64,000 nucleotides of DNA from Balanoglossus misakiensis. Its lineage: Eukaryota > Animalia > Hemichordata. The translations under genes and the position numbers were made by a program. Where the stretch lies: positions 6,715,919-6,779,918 of the forward strand of contig CM082584.2 in the NCBI GenBank assembly GCA_040954595.2, in the 5' to 3' direction. Below are positions 42,001 to 54,145 of this stretch, piece after piece. The notes beneath the pieces are model-generated. The model saw only the letters and a program-made list of their open reading frames with translations, ran no database searches and had not been told where the DNA came from. Each line of letters begins with the position of its first letter. The stretch's first letter is position 1.

Positions 42001-42430
42001 CATCCATTCATTCATTCATTCATTCATTCATTCATTCATTCATTCATTCATTCATTCATTCATTCATTCATTCATTCATTCATTCATTCATTCATTCATT
42101 CATTCATTCATTCATTCATTCATGCATGCAATTCATTCATTCATTCATTCATTCATTCATTCATTCATTCATTCATTCATTCATGCATGCATGCATGCAT
42201 GCATGCATGCATTCATTCATTCATTCATTCATTCATTCATTCATTCACTCACTCACTCACTCACTCACTCACTCACTCACTCACTCACTCACTCACTCAC
42301 TCACTCACTCACTCACTCACTCACTCACTCACTCACTCAGTAAGTCATTCTTATGTCATTCTCATGTTCGCCCCTTCCTTTCTCCCCCTCCCTCCTCGAT
42401 CGATCGATCCATCCATCCATCCATCCATCC
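42001..42430. repeat. Long compound microsatellite (CATT)n-(CATG)n-(CATT)n-(CACT)n followed by (CATC)n
   Basis: Directly visible; source of the spurious FIHS/LTHS ORFs. Confidence 0.95.
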
Positions 42431-43582
42431 ACTGTGCAGTTAAATCCGTTCACCCACCCGGTCACTCACTTACTCACACGCTGGCTCGCTTACTCCCCAA
42501 ACCCAATTAGAAACACACATCGCGCGTTGTTTGGTGACATTTCGACGGTGTATTGACGATGCAAAAGCCCGGCAGTGCCACTCTGCGGTCGACACCATCG
42601 TGACAATGAGCACGACGCACGTGGGGGAGTCACTTCAATATCACGGCGGATCCCATTCAGAGGACGTGCCCTTTCAAGTTCATGTTGCACGCGTAGTGGG
42701 CGTGTTAACTAAATGCTAACCTGCCGACATCTCATTCGTCGGGCGGCCTTTTATATACTAAAAGCTTTCGGCAACGATACCTTGCAAACGAAATGTTGCG
42801 CGGCTGTGAAATCTTATCATGTGACATGAAAAAAAAAATACTTTTTAAAGCCTCGAGTTCTACTGTTAAATGTCAGCACTAATATTAATCGACGGTAAAC
42901 GTCATAAGTTGCATGGCCCTGAACTACACTTTTGACCCGAGCCATGGACCGCCAAAAGACAACTCTGCAGAAAGAGGGCGCATTCTAAATAAAAAATATC
43001 GCCCAATGGTTCATTTTTGAGGGTTAACGACAAGGCATGAAATGCATTGTATGTACAATAAAAACATTACTTGTTCAAATGTAAATCTACTTGGCACAAG
43101 ACAGACACTACTTTCCGTAATTACCTATGACTGATTTGTCTATTAAGAGATAATACCACGTCACGAGTTACATGTTTCATTTTTTTAGTAACGTGTTCGG
43201 CACTAGTCCTGCGGCTAAAAAGCATTACCGTTTTACAAACGACGGCCTGCGAAGATTAAAAGTGATCGACTGGGGAGGTGTTAATGTGGCTTCGTGTTAA
43301 TGTAGGCTTCGCCAAAGTTTCTTTCCCATAAGGCTAAGTTATATTCTGCCTAATGGACAGTGACTTAAAAGCAATGAAAGATGTACATTATATTTAGGCG
43401 GATATGATTCCATTATAATTGGATATTTAGAGGCGGCATGAAGAAGAAGGTTACTCAACGTTGCGGGGGGCTTGTGGCCATTAGACATTTATATTTTGGA
43501 AACCAGAAAGTTTCTGGTGATTTTACGTCGTATGGCACAAAACTCGATGAGGTGCATGTGAACGGCGACTTTAACATACAAA

Positions 43583-43694
43583 GGAGTGAGAGTGAGAGAG
43601 AGAGAGGGGGGGGGGAGAGAGAGGATAGATGGATGAGAGAGAGAGATGGATGAGAGAGAGGGTTGAGAGGATGAGAGGGGGGAGAGGGAGAGAC
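43583..43694. repeat. Polypurine (GA-rich) low-complexity tract
   Basis: Directly visible. Confidence 0.85.
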
Positions 43695-44272
43695 AGATAT
43701 TGCATCCTTTCGATGTTTTTGCTATTTTGATCGATTGTTAAAAATGTTCTTGGTCCGAGAACAATAGGAGTACCAAAGAATATATATTTACAACGGTCAT
43801 CTAATCATTTCACGCAAATATCGCCGCTCACCAACTAGTGACATCGACGCAAAATTTAACAGACTAGGTACATGAATATCACGCCGAACGCCGACAACAA
43901 GCATCGCCATAGGCGCTGGCGGTAGACTTTACTTATTACAACAAACGCATTTATTAACTGTGAATTCACGACTTTTACCGTCAAAATGTCAAGTCATTTT
44001 TATCCCGTAAATTATCGGATTGTCGCCCACGAGTCTTAGACCCTTCTGGCAGATTACAGTTGTGTACGGGGGGTGGGGGGGGGGGGGGCAGCCCTAATAA
44101 GCAGACACCACTTCAATATTACAAACACGATCCTGCACAACACGGTTTCGTAATCTTGAGAGCGTGCATCCGGGATCATTCGTGATGAACCTCGACATTT
44201 GCTGACACTGAACACTTTCCGCTATTTTTTTTCCATCAACAACAATGTTTCATTTTCCGTGAATCTGTGATT

Positions 44273-44597
44273 ATAAGGGACCGTAGGATTTCAACCGGGG
44301 GAGGGTCACCCTTCGTTTGGTAGAGATGGGAAAAGTCCCATCATTTTCTTCAACACATTTCGGTCATTTTATAATTACATGAATACAGGTCGTTTTGTTT
44401 CCTAGTATTCCATCTCGCAATGGGCAACTGCAATATGACAAATGGTTTTCCAAGGAAAGGATGGGGCACTGCTACAGTAACGTCTTTACTCTAGTGACTT
44501 TAGCACGTGGAAGATATATTTCAAGACATACGAAAAACTCACCCATACATTTTTCCCGTCCCCCCCCCCCGGTCGTCAACGACTGACTCCTCCCTAA
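44273..44597. mobile_element. Degenerate MITE-like element with TAAGGGACCGT end and internal G-run/C-run
   Basis: Left end TAAGGGACCGT..GGGGGAGGG; right end CCCCCCCCGGTCG...CTCCCTAA. An exact inverted ACGGTCCCTTAT also lies at 47737-47748. Confidence 0.35.
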
Positions 44598-47500
44598 ATG
44601 TCTGCGCGGAGCCCAGTGTAGAAACCCTTGACATTTTGCAAGTTTTTCTCGCAACGGAAACTCACAACGGTGTCTCAACGATAATGGTATTGAAAAAGCA
44701 GCAAATCCCAAGGGATAATTGTTTTGAAAATACGAAACGGCACGGTATACAATAGCCTAGTATCTATATAGTCTATTACTAATCGGCTACTATTCTAAAA
44801 ATACACTTATGGCTGAGTCAAGAAAGGGCGGTCTTTATCCCAGGCTACGCTAGATAACGACATGAAACGCAAAATGTGTAAAACATTCCGCTGCAAATTA
44901 AAAGTGGTAAGGCGTTTCAGCCAATCATGTGTCAATGAGGCACTAGCAGTCTTGCTCAATCATCTCACCGATATTTTCAACGAGTGTGCAGAGAACAAGG
45001 GCGCGCTGTCTGCTGCCCGGTTCGGGAGGGGGGGGCGCAGTGGTTGCGTGTGTGTGCGTGGGGGGGGGGGGGTGAATGCCATTGCCCTCTTTGTTGTTTT
45101 ACGCTGTTTTGTGATCATTTTAGACTATCTTTTTTATAACATGTGAACAATAAACGATTAGCCTGGTAAATAGTCGTGAAATCCGCAATTCTTCTCTCGA
45201 CATTATGAATTTAGGCCGTAATATTGTAATACATGTATATTCAAGCGAGATCTGGCCATAGGCTTGATTTGTATTGGCTTGTCGAAATCAAGGACTCTGA
45301 CGTCAGACTCCTAGGAAGCCATGTTAACACGATACAAACATGTATACCCTTTTGTTTGGTCCAACAGTAATGAGTAACGGAAGGCTTGGTTTCGGGTTTC
45401 ACGATTGCAGCGAAATATTCCATTCCAGAGAATTGATAAATAGTAAGCGAAACCGTGCAGACTCGATTGCTGACCTCTTGTGAAATTCAAGACAGTTCCC
45501 GGTGAAATGCGGTAACTGCATCTCATATTTTAGATTTCAACATTCATCCTTCTACAAACTTTACTTGCCGAAGTATGGTCCTAGCAAGCAATTGCTCGGT
45601 TGGCTGTCTAAAGCAATTGTACGTTACATATACGTTTCTCTATGGTAAGCGTTCGTTTCAACACTCGTGGTTGGTGTGTATTCCTTTTAACCATCGGGAC
45701 CATGCGATATGGAGAACTTAAAATTACGCGTGTTCAAAAAATACGCTGAACAGAATAATTCGCTAAAAAGCAGAACGTATACGGTGATTTATAATCGATG
45801 CGTGTTTCAACATATAAAAGGGTCATAACGCCGTCACAGTTCACTTGAATTGATGTAATACACGTCTTTCAAATATCAATTTTAATATGGCATCATCATA
45901 TTACAGTGTGTCTATAAAGTAATACGCATAATTCGTCTTTCTGGATTGACGACAGGCCCAATCCCCCTGGCGGGAAAGTTGCCTATTATGCAAAAACGAC
46001 AGGCTAATACATTTGTACATCCACTGCACCAAGAAGCTCAGTCGGTTCTAAGTTCATCAGGAGGTGAAACTGAAACCAGAGCTTAGGAAGCAGAGAGGGC
46101 GCTCTAAATCACATGAATATTTAATTGAATAAAGAGGCCTACTTGTGTCGGGACAGTAGTTTGGAAAATTGTCAGGGCGATTACCAGTGATGATGATGTG
46201 TGTATCTCGTATTGTTCTCCTAATCGTTCCTTCTTATCAACTGAAAACTTCATTCTTGGAAAAGCACCGAAGCATCATGGTAGGTGAATGTTTAAACTGT
46301 TTGTTGCAGCGGGCCGTTTTCATTTGCGCGTGGTAAGATTTTGTTGCGAACATATCGTGAATTCGTGATTGAGATGTAATTCTATACCATCTTTAGTCAA
46401 TGTTTGCCCAATCTGCGCAACGACAGTTAACTACTTGTAAAAATTCAGCAAAGAAGATAACCGCGAACGGAAAAGGTGCGAGGTGGTTCTTTGCTTAGAA
46501 ATTCTGCATACACCTCGGCAGGTTTTCCTTTAGAGCAGGTGACAAAGAGCCGGGTTATTCACAATTTGATCAGGTGTGTTAGCTCTGTATGGCTGGGCTG
46601 TGTCTGGTTGGAGGCGCGACCTTTAACACGTGGAAGCTGAGCCCTATTGCCACGCAGAGCTAAATCTAAGATGAGTATCTTGTCACGTTTTTCGTGTACC
46701 TAACAACTGTTTGAACATTTTACACCTCTCCGCGTCACTGATAGACTGGCAGTTGTTTGAATGGCCGTACGATTCCTTCCAAAATCATCATGGTCATTTC
46801 TAAAGCTCGTGGACTATTTGTGAATAACTGTATGGTTTACGTGAGCTAAATTTAGATCTAAGGAATGGTTGAACATCATTTTACACCGTCGGCGTGTGAC
46901 TGAAAAAATGTGTTCTTTTTACATAAGAAAAGCGGTCGTCCATTTAAATAAAAGAAAACTTTAGTTGTGGAAGCTCCCGATGCCGAATATCGCCCAGAGC
47001 ATGCGCTGTGGACGTTATTCACTGAGGAATAACAGAACAATTTGATTGCAAATGTCAGCACGTTCTCTGATATCGGAGTTTGATATTTGTCTTCTCGCTG
47101 GCTTTTCATTTCTATGGCTAGCTGTTTCATCTGCTGTGACGATTGGAGTTCAAAGTTAACTAGGTCTGCGATAAGCTTACATTACGCCCCCGGCCCACAA
47201 AGCCGTCTTAAATCGAACCACGTTCGAAGAATATTGCAGTCTGGTCGCAAAATCCAATTTTGCCACTGGCTGCGCTGTGATAAAATCGGTAGCACAGCTG
47301 CAGGAATCGGGTCAGGGAACCAGACTACCGTGTAAATCTATGTTATTAAAGTAGAGCAAAATTAGAAGTAATACCTTCACACGAAAATGAAGTCCATCCA
47401 GATGCCTTCAATCCCTCTGACACGATTATCTCTTGTGGAATCTGGAAACATAAAAACCAAGTGATGATATTATTCATTAAAGCCCGTGAGCTTTTAAATT

Positions 47501-50500
47501 GGTCCCTGTAAATACAATGAAAACACAAATTTTGCCACTCCACTCAAAGTCGGTTGGGGAAGGGTGGGGTGGCAAGTACTCTGCCCTGGTACACTAGACA
47601 AACCAGCCAATAAATGAAATGTGGCGAAGAATGAAGGGGGTGGGTGTGGGAGGGGATGTCTCCCTCCCCCCTTTGGATTTCAAAATTTAAGTGACACCCT
47701 ATGGATTTTGCCGCCGCCCCCAGCCGTAAACACTGAACGGTCCCTTATGATATCGCATATGCTTTAACGACACACCTTGTAAAAGCCTAATTGACGGACA
47801 ATAGGAAACGGTGTCATGCGCGTGTTTTTACACCTCGACTTTGGGTAGTTCTCTTTGAATTCGGAAGATGTGATGACCCCGAAAAGCGTTGTCTGGTTTT
47901 AGACCTCATACTGCTCATAATAGACACATTGCGCAGTGACTGTTGGCCGCCCGTCCCTCACGAGGAGGCCAGCGGCACCCTTTTGAAAAAAATGGTTTGG
48001 TCGGGACCGTGGCCGTCAGACCAGACACTACACTGTACCCGGTCGGTGTTATATTCTACTTCAGCCCACAAACCAAATGCACTTTCATTCAAAACAGTTT
48101 GCCTGGCACATTGCACTTTTCTGTTGTATTCAGGCCAGACGAAAAATAATCATTCCGATTTTTGGATAATCTACAATACCCGAAGCGGCTCGGTGTTATA
48201 GTCTGTGCTTCTAGGGGCGAACATCTGCTTCTAACGGCTTTGACGAGCATCGCCGCCAGAACGACCGACAAGCAGTAATCAAAATTCCCCGCAGTCCCCG
48301 GGCAAAGATTTTCTCGTCTCTACGAGCGTCAGTCGATACACTGCGCAGGTGTGGTCTATGTTTAACATGCATGTGTGCAGCAAGAGTTTGTTACACGTTT
48401 AATTTAAAGTACAGGGGGACTTTCGATTTCCCCTTCTTTCAACTCCAGGGAAGCAAAGTTATGTTGCATCTTGCCTAAGAAATATTGCATGGAGTTATGG
48501 TTCTAGGAAAGTGTAAATAATAATGTAATATTAATTTTAATCGAATGACAGCAACGGAGTGTTTTGAAAGTGGCGGCAACTATTGATTTCTGCAAGTATT
48601 AATTTATTTGTATGTTTCCGTCAATGTTTGATAGCCATCTGATACTAGCCCCGCGCTAAGCACGTTCACACAAGAAACGTTTCGTTTGAATCATGTAAAA
48701 TCATGAAACAATATGCCAAAAGTTTCGAACCACGGGGCTTTAAAAGTTATGTAGCTTCAGTTTTCGATTTTCAACGTTCGAACACAACCCCTGCAGGATA
48801 CGGAATCTCTGATGTTGCATGCACAGTCATAATGTATCCGCAACTTGTGTGTTTTCGTACCATTTAGCCTAATTACTAATGCATGATGCGTTGGTTGAAA
48901 CAAACAAGATTTTGATATAAAAAATGAAAACGTTATCTTTTTGGCAGAAAAGTAATTGAATTTCTCGGCCTTGAGCAGCAATTACAGTGAAGTCAATCGG
49001 TATATTGCAGGTATCATCTATATTTTAGACACGCGTCTGTTGTGAGCGTCTTTATAAGCATAAATGTTGCAACTCTCGATTTTCTATGCAGCTCCATTAA
49101 GTGGTGAATAATTGCACAAGATTTCACGGTGTCATATTTAAGAATTAGCCGTGGTAAATTTTTGAACTATTGCGGAACGTTCTCGCAAGTTTTTTTATCT
49201 TTCTTCTGCAATTATTATTGTTAAAACTAATGAACAATGGGGAGTGGTATTTCATCGGAATTAGAATTCAGGGAAACCTTTTAAAAGAAAGAGACCGCTT
49301 AATATCAGATGATGTTGCATGTTATATGAGGCGTAGTTGCGGCGGCATCCGGTCACACGACACACACGAATAGAACGCGTGTTTGTACCCTCTCTCTTCA
49401 CCTTGAAAACGCGAGCATTTTGGGCTTGGGTACGTGCGCGATCACTGCACATGGCGCCGATTTTACAATTGTATTTCGGGCGACTAGTATTCTACGCTGG
49501 CGTTTACGAACTGCCAGAGATTAGCACATTAATCCCCTCGACGATGGAACTTCTTTTAAAGATATGCGGCAAATTGTATTACTCAACACTGGCAGCAATC
49601 ATCAGTAGAAATCGCAGCGCATATTAATCTATACTAATATTGACTTGGGTAAAACATGCAGACAAGCGTTTATTGTGCGCATGGTTAAGTGACAGATTTT
49701 ATGTGTCATGATGTTACCATTACTCAATAAAGGAGGTGGCATATGGGGCGACTTTAAAAAAATAAAACTGGTTTATGTTTTTCGATCGACCGACCAGGAA
49801 GAGGGAAATGTATTATTTTACACATCAGCAGAACAATTCAATGCCAGTAGTATTGGTAATTATCCCATTTCTGCGTTCAAAGACAAAAACAACATTTTCC
49901 CTTCGTAAACAAACCTAGAAATGGACCAGAGAAAAGCAAGTATCGGTATTTTTGCATCTTCCTGCGCTGTACCTACATCCTCCTCAGCCGGCAATCTAAC
50001 CCCTCTTACTGCAATGGAATGGCCTTCTGACATACTTACGCGTAAATTGCACTTCACAACAATGTGCGGTCAACTTGCGGGGATGACTACTACTAAAACA
50101 TTCATCTTGACTTAGAATACATCGCCTCGAGTCTAAACTGAGCTGTTAGCTGTAGTAGCACCCCCGCGTTTGCAGATTAACGTGGAAGGGCGTTGTCAAC
50201 ATAAAGGACGGATCTTGGGATTTTGAGGAGGGGGAGGGTTCACACGTCAGCACGTTTTTTTAGAACCAGGCCCTTTCGTTCGAAAAAACAACAACTTAAC
50301 TAACAAGCAGAATGGTGAATTTGGGAAAAACGTGAATGGATTTCTCTGAAAGTGTTCAATTTTCGGCGGCAAAAGATTGCACATCTTTTTTTCTGACCAC
50401 CCGTTCGGACTCGCCGAAACTCTAATGGTTCAACCCATCTATGTACCATTCATGGTTTTTGCTTTTCATGGGTTCAAAATACTAATTTCCGGGCCACTAT

Positions 50501-51552
50501 ATCTAATAACGTTCATGCATTTACGTTTACTTTTTTTACAGGTTTTATGAGTTTATAGTCCGCCTTACAGCTGATCCATGTTTGAATTGAATTGATTTCC
50601 ATCGAACGACAGCGATTTTTTTTCCCGGCGCAGACGAGACCGCCCAGCGAGCAGTCAGATATGTGCTTGGCCTGACCGCGTCAATACGACAGCATCGACT
50701 ACTTTGGAAGTAGAAACCGGGAATTTGTGATTCCCAAACGCTCGCAAATACATAGACGATATATTATTCGGCACGGAGAGCGATTTGGGAATGACTTGGA
50801 CCGACTGCGCTGAGCACTACGCTATCGCTCGTTGATATTCGGTGCTTAAATATATCCAGGTGAGTCGGACGAGTCAATTTTTGTTACACGTGAAGAAATC
50901 GGACGCAAATGTGTGATCGTCAATTGGAATTTCACAACTAGCGAGTACAACCATTGGCTGCCGCTGGTAGCTGTTTCCCCGGACTTCACAAGGAAGGATT
51001 CGTTGCACAGTAGGAAATCACAACATTTTTGCCCTGGACCGAGACATATAACACAAAGATGTGCAGTACGTAAATAAGTCTCGTTGGTCGATGCTGTCTG
51101 CCAGGTTGTAACATCTGATGCGAATTTATTTAGGACGTGTTCCCGACAAACGGCATATGTATCACACGGCAACGAGGGAATTTGACAACCCTGCAAGGCG
51201 ACACGGACCCCGGGCCTGCAACGGATACCGTTATCACGACAACAATTTTATAGGCTATATTCAGTGAAAACTACTCCACTCCGTCAACACCAGAATCGAT
51301 TAGAGACCGATTTTAACTGTCATCGCCATCGCATTTATTGAACGGATGCCTTCGGTCTGTAAAAAGATAGGCCTCGCTGTTTTTTTTCAACGAACACGTG
51401 AACGGTCGATATACCAGCCGCGATGCCAGAAATCTCCGTGACACCGAACCGGAACACTCCGACCACAAATTCACACGAGAATAAGCTAAAACCACAAAAC
51501 CGCTCGTCGAGATTTCATCATGTGATTGAAACGTGAGACGGAAGATGTCAAA

Positions 51553-53019
51553 ATGATGCACAACATATCGCGCAATGACACTAGGATAGCCGCTGACGAC
51601 CCGGAAACGCCGTCGTTCTGGGAGCAGGTATTTTGGCTTGTCGTGACGATAATTATCATGCTCACGATATTGTTGGCGAACGGTCTCGTCATGGCGTCCG
51701 TGGTGATATCGAAGAAGTTGCGGGAGAGACTGTCTAACTATTTCATACTGAACCTGTCCGTGGCCGATTTTTGTTGCAGCCTGTTCATGCTGCCGTTCAT
51801 GATGTTCTCGTTCTGGTACGGGCGTTTTCCCTTCGGCCACTTCTTGTGCAGCTTCAACATGACGCTCAACGTCGGCCTCTCCGCCCAGTCCGCCTACGGC
51901 ACCATGCTCGTCAGTCTGGACAAGTTCATCTTCGTCATCTACCCGCTGCACTACCATCGGCTGATCACGCCGGTGCGGGTGAGGCTGGCCATCGCATCGA
52001 CGTGGGGACTGTCTTTTCTAGTGGCCGGCTTCGGCTGCCTGACCAGGTGGGCCGAGAAGAGCAACTCCAGGTTTCGCGTCTACCCGCCCGGGTGTTTCGC
52101 CATCAAGACCGAGTACATCAGCGCCGTGTTCATCTTGACAAACCTGGTCCCGGTCTCGGTCATCGCGTACACCAGTTTTCATGTCTTTCGTGCAATACGA
52201 CAGCAGGCGAAGAAAATATCTCCGGCGACGATGCAAGAGCCCCCGCCTTCCGCTCCCAAATGGGCGCGGCCTCGGAATTCAAATTCCCCGAACGCGCTGA
52301 CGGTAATGGACGTGGAGATGGGACTAGAGAGCGAAGTTCAAGTCTGTGAAGTTCGAGACGAAACTACACCAAAAGTTCAAGACGAAACTACACCAAAAGT
52401 TCAAGACGAAACGACACCAAAAGTTCAAGACGAAACTACACCAAAAGTTCACGACGAAACGACACCAAAAGTTCAAGACGAAACTGCACCAAAAGTTCAA
52501 GACGAGACTACACCAAAAGTTCAAGACGAAACAACACCGAATGCGCTGACAAATGGCCGCCCGAAGACGCGGCTGAAAAGTGCACTAAAGCAGACGAGCC
52601 AAGGGGTCGCTCCCAAAACGCAGGATGCGCGCAAGCGACGGAAAGCCGCCAGAAATCAGATCAAATTTACAGGAAACGGCACGAGACTTTTAAACAAGAC
52701 AGAAATCAGGGCCATAAAGGGGATAGGTCTGATTATAATGACGCTCTTCATCATGTGGAGCCCGTTTTTCATCGTTCTCTCCGTCGCCTCGTTCTGCCGA
52801 GACTGTGACGTCTCGAGGCTCCTTAAGTTGACCATAATGATCGCCTTCTGCAATTCGGCGGTGAACCCGCTCCTGTATGCCAAAAATAAGGATTTCCGCC
52901 AGGCCTATGGGCAGATTGTCGGCCACCTCTGTCCTGGGTCGTCCGTCTTACAGAAAAGTAGTGACGAGTTCAGCGCCAGCGTGGTGACACGCGCCAACGC
53001 ATCGACATTAGCGTCGTAG
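51553..53019 (+). CDS. Orphan class A GPCR, aminergic-like scaffold (GPCR3), intronless CDS, 488 aa, with tandem repeat in ICL3
   Basis: First ATG at 51553 (MMHNISRNDT); the track start at 51526 is TTG. LSVADF, CSFNMTLNVG, SLDKF, VYPPGCFAIKTEY, TEIRAIK, MWSPFF, NSAVNPLLY, NKDFRQAY. Confidence 0.95.
   Translation: MMHNISRNDTRIAADDPETPSFWEQVFWLVVTIIIMLTILLANGLVMASVVISKKLRERLSNYFILNLSVADFCCSLFMLPFMMFSFWYGRFPFGHFLCSFNMTLNVGLSAQSAYGTMLVSLDKFIFVIYPLHYHRLITPVRVRLAIASTWGLSFLVAGFGCLTRWAEKSNSRFRVYPPGCFAIKTEYISAVFILTNLVPVSVIAYTSFHVFRAIRQQAKKISPATMQEPPPSAPKWARPRNSNSPNALTVMDVEMGLESEVQVCEVRDETTPKVQDETTPKVQDETTPKVQDETTPKVHDETTPKVQDETAPKVQDETTPKVQDETTPNALTNGRPKTRLKSALKQTSQGVAPKTQDARKRRKAARNQIKFTGNGTRLLNKTEIRAIKGIGLIIMTLFIMWSPFFIVLSVASFCRDCDVSRLLKLTIMIAFCNSAVNPLLYAKNKDFRQAYGQIVGHLCPGSSVLQKSSDEFSASVVTRANASTLAS
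52351..52542 (+). repeat. Coding minisatellite, 8 x 24 bp, (VQDETTPK)8, in ICL3 of GPCR3
   Basis: Unit gttcaagacgaaactacaccaaaa, near-perfect copies. Confidence 0.95.
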
Positions 53020-53354
53020 ACTAACATATTACAAAAAAACTCTGAAAATTTCGAACTTCGAAAACGATTTTTACTTGTTGCCAATCTGGTGGACCGCGCA
53101 CTTGAGATACAAGTTTGTAGAGTGCGTGCGATGACACAATTTATCCATCGTAATGATACACGTGCCTTCAATATGATAAACGGGTGCCGTTTTACATGTA
53201 TTATGTATTTCTAAAACTGGCACCTACAATAAGATTTTTGGAGATATTTGAAATTTGTTATTTTTTATGGAGTCAAAGCTCCAGGCAACGAAAAGTAAAT
53301 TTTACTTGTTACTTATAACTGGTGCCAGAATATGTGCCAACAATACCTTGCAGT

Positions 53355-53568
53355 TAAGGCCAAAAAAAATAAAATAAGTTGTTTATGGTCATGTCTTGTT
53401 TTCCTAAAACGATGCTGCGGCCGGCTTTTTTCCCTTTTATCTTCTTACAGCCAGCGGCAAGTTAATCTAAGCTACGCACAATTTAGCATGAAAAACCGGA
53501 AAACGGCCAACACGATTCAGAGCTTTTAAAAATATGGGTAGTTACCAGGAACAACTCTTTTGGCCTTA
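53355..53568. mobile_element. MITE-like non-autonomous DNA transposon (~214 bp) downstream of GPCR3
   Basis: TAAGGCCAAAA at 53355-53365 and its exact reverse complement TTTTGGCCTTA at 53558-53568, extended by sub-terminal AGTTGTT/AACAACT. TA at both ends; no coding capacity. Confidence 0.65.
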
Positions 53569-54145
53569 CACTGACTTTTATGTAATTTAATAAAAAACAT
53601 TGATTATATCTCTACGGAAGAGTATTACTCACATTGATACCCAAACATGGATTTTTGAAATATTCCTATTTTTATACACTAAATTTGTATGGTTAATCAT
53701 GAACAATCGTGTCAAAGACTTTCTAGTATTTTGTCTTTTTGGTGGCTTTTTGGGTATACGATTTCGCCAGCGTATCTGAATTTACATTTTATGTACATAT
53801 AATCGCTATAAGTATTATTTGTTATCTGATCTGTCATATTTCGTACCATGTAGATACATGCACGGTCCTGTCCAGTGATCACAATTGAAGGATGATTTAT
53901 CGACCTCAGGAAAATCAAAACAACAAATTTAAACATGACAGTTGCTATATACACGCGACAGAAATCCTAAAAGTACTCAGAATTTACGACTAATGGCGCT
54001 TTATGGTGGTGCCGTTCCTCGGGGACAGATTTTCAGGAAAAAATGATTTTCGTCTGAGCCATTCACTTCTTCTTAGCGATATTAGAGTGTTGAAACGAAA
54101 GTCAATGTCTTGTTTTCATGTAAATCACTACTTTCTCACCATTAA

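Noticed and set aside
41963-42510. FIHS/LTHS-repeat ORFs
   Set aside because: Translations of a tetranucleotide microsatellite.
52351-52542. Possible CRISPR-like array (also the 108-bp repeats at 62184-63155)
   Set aside because: Head-to-tail units without spacers, in frame within eukaryotic CDSs, and no cas genes.
10160-53019. Assigning a specific gene symbol (histamine H2, octopamine, TAAR; CHRNA9 for the channel)
   Set aside because: Ligand-defining residues are absent and orthology cannot be established without a phylogeny.
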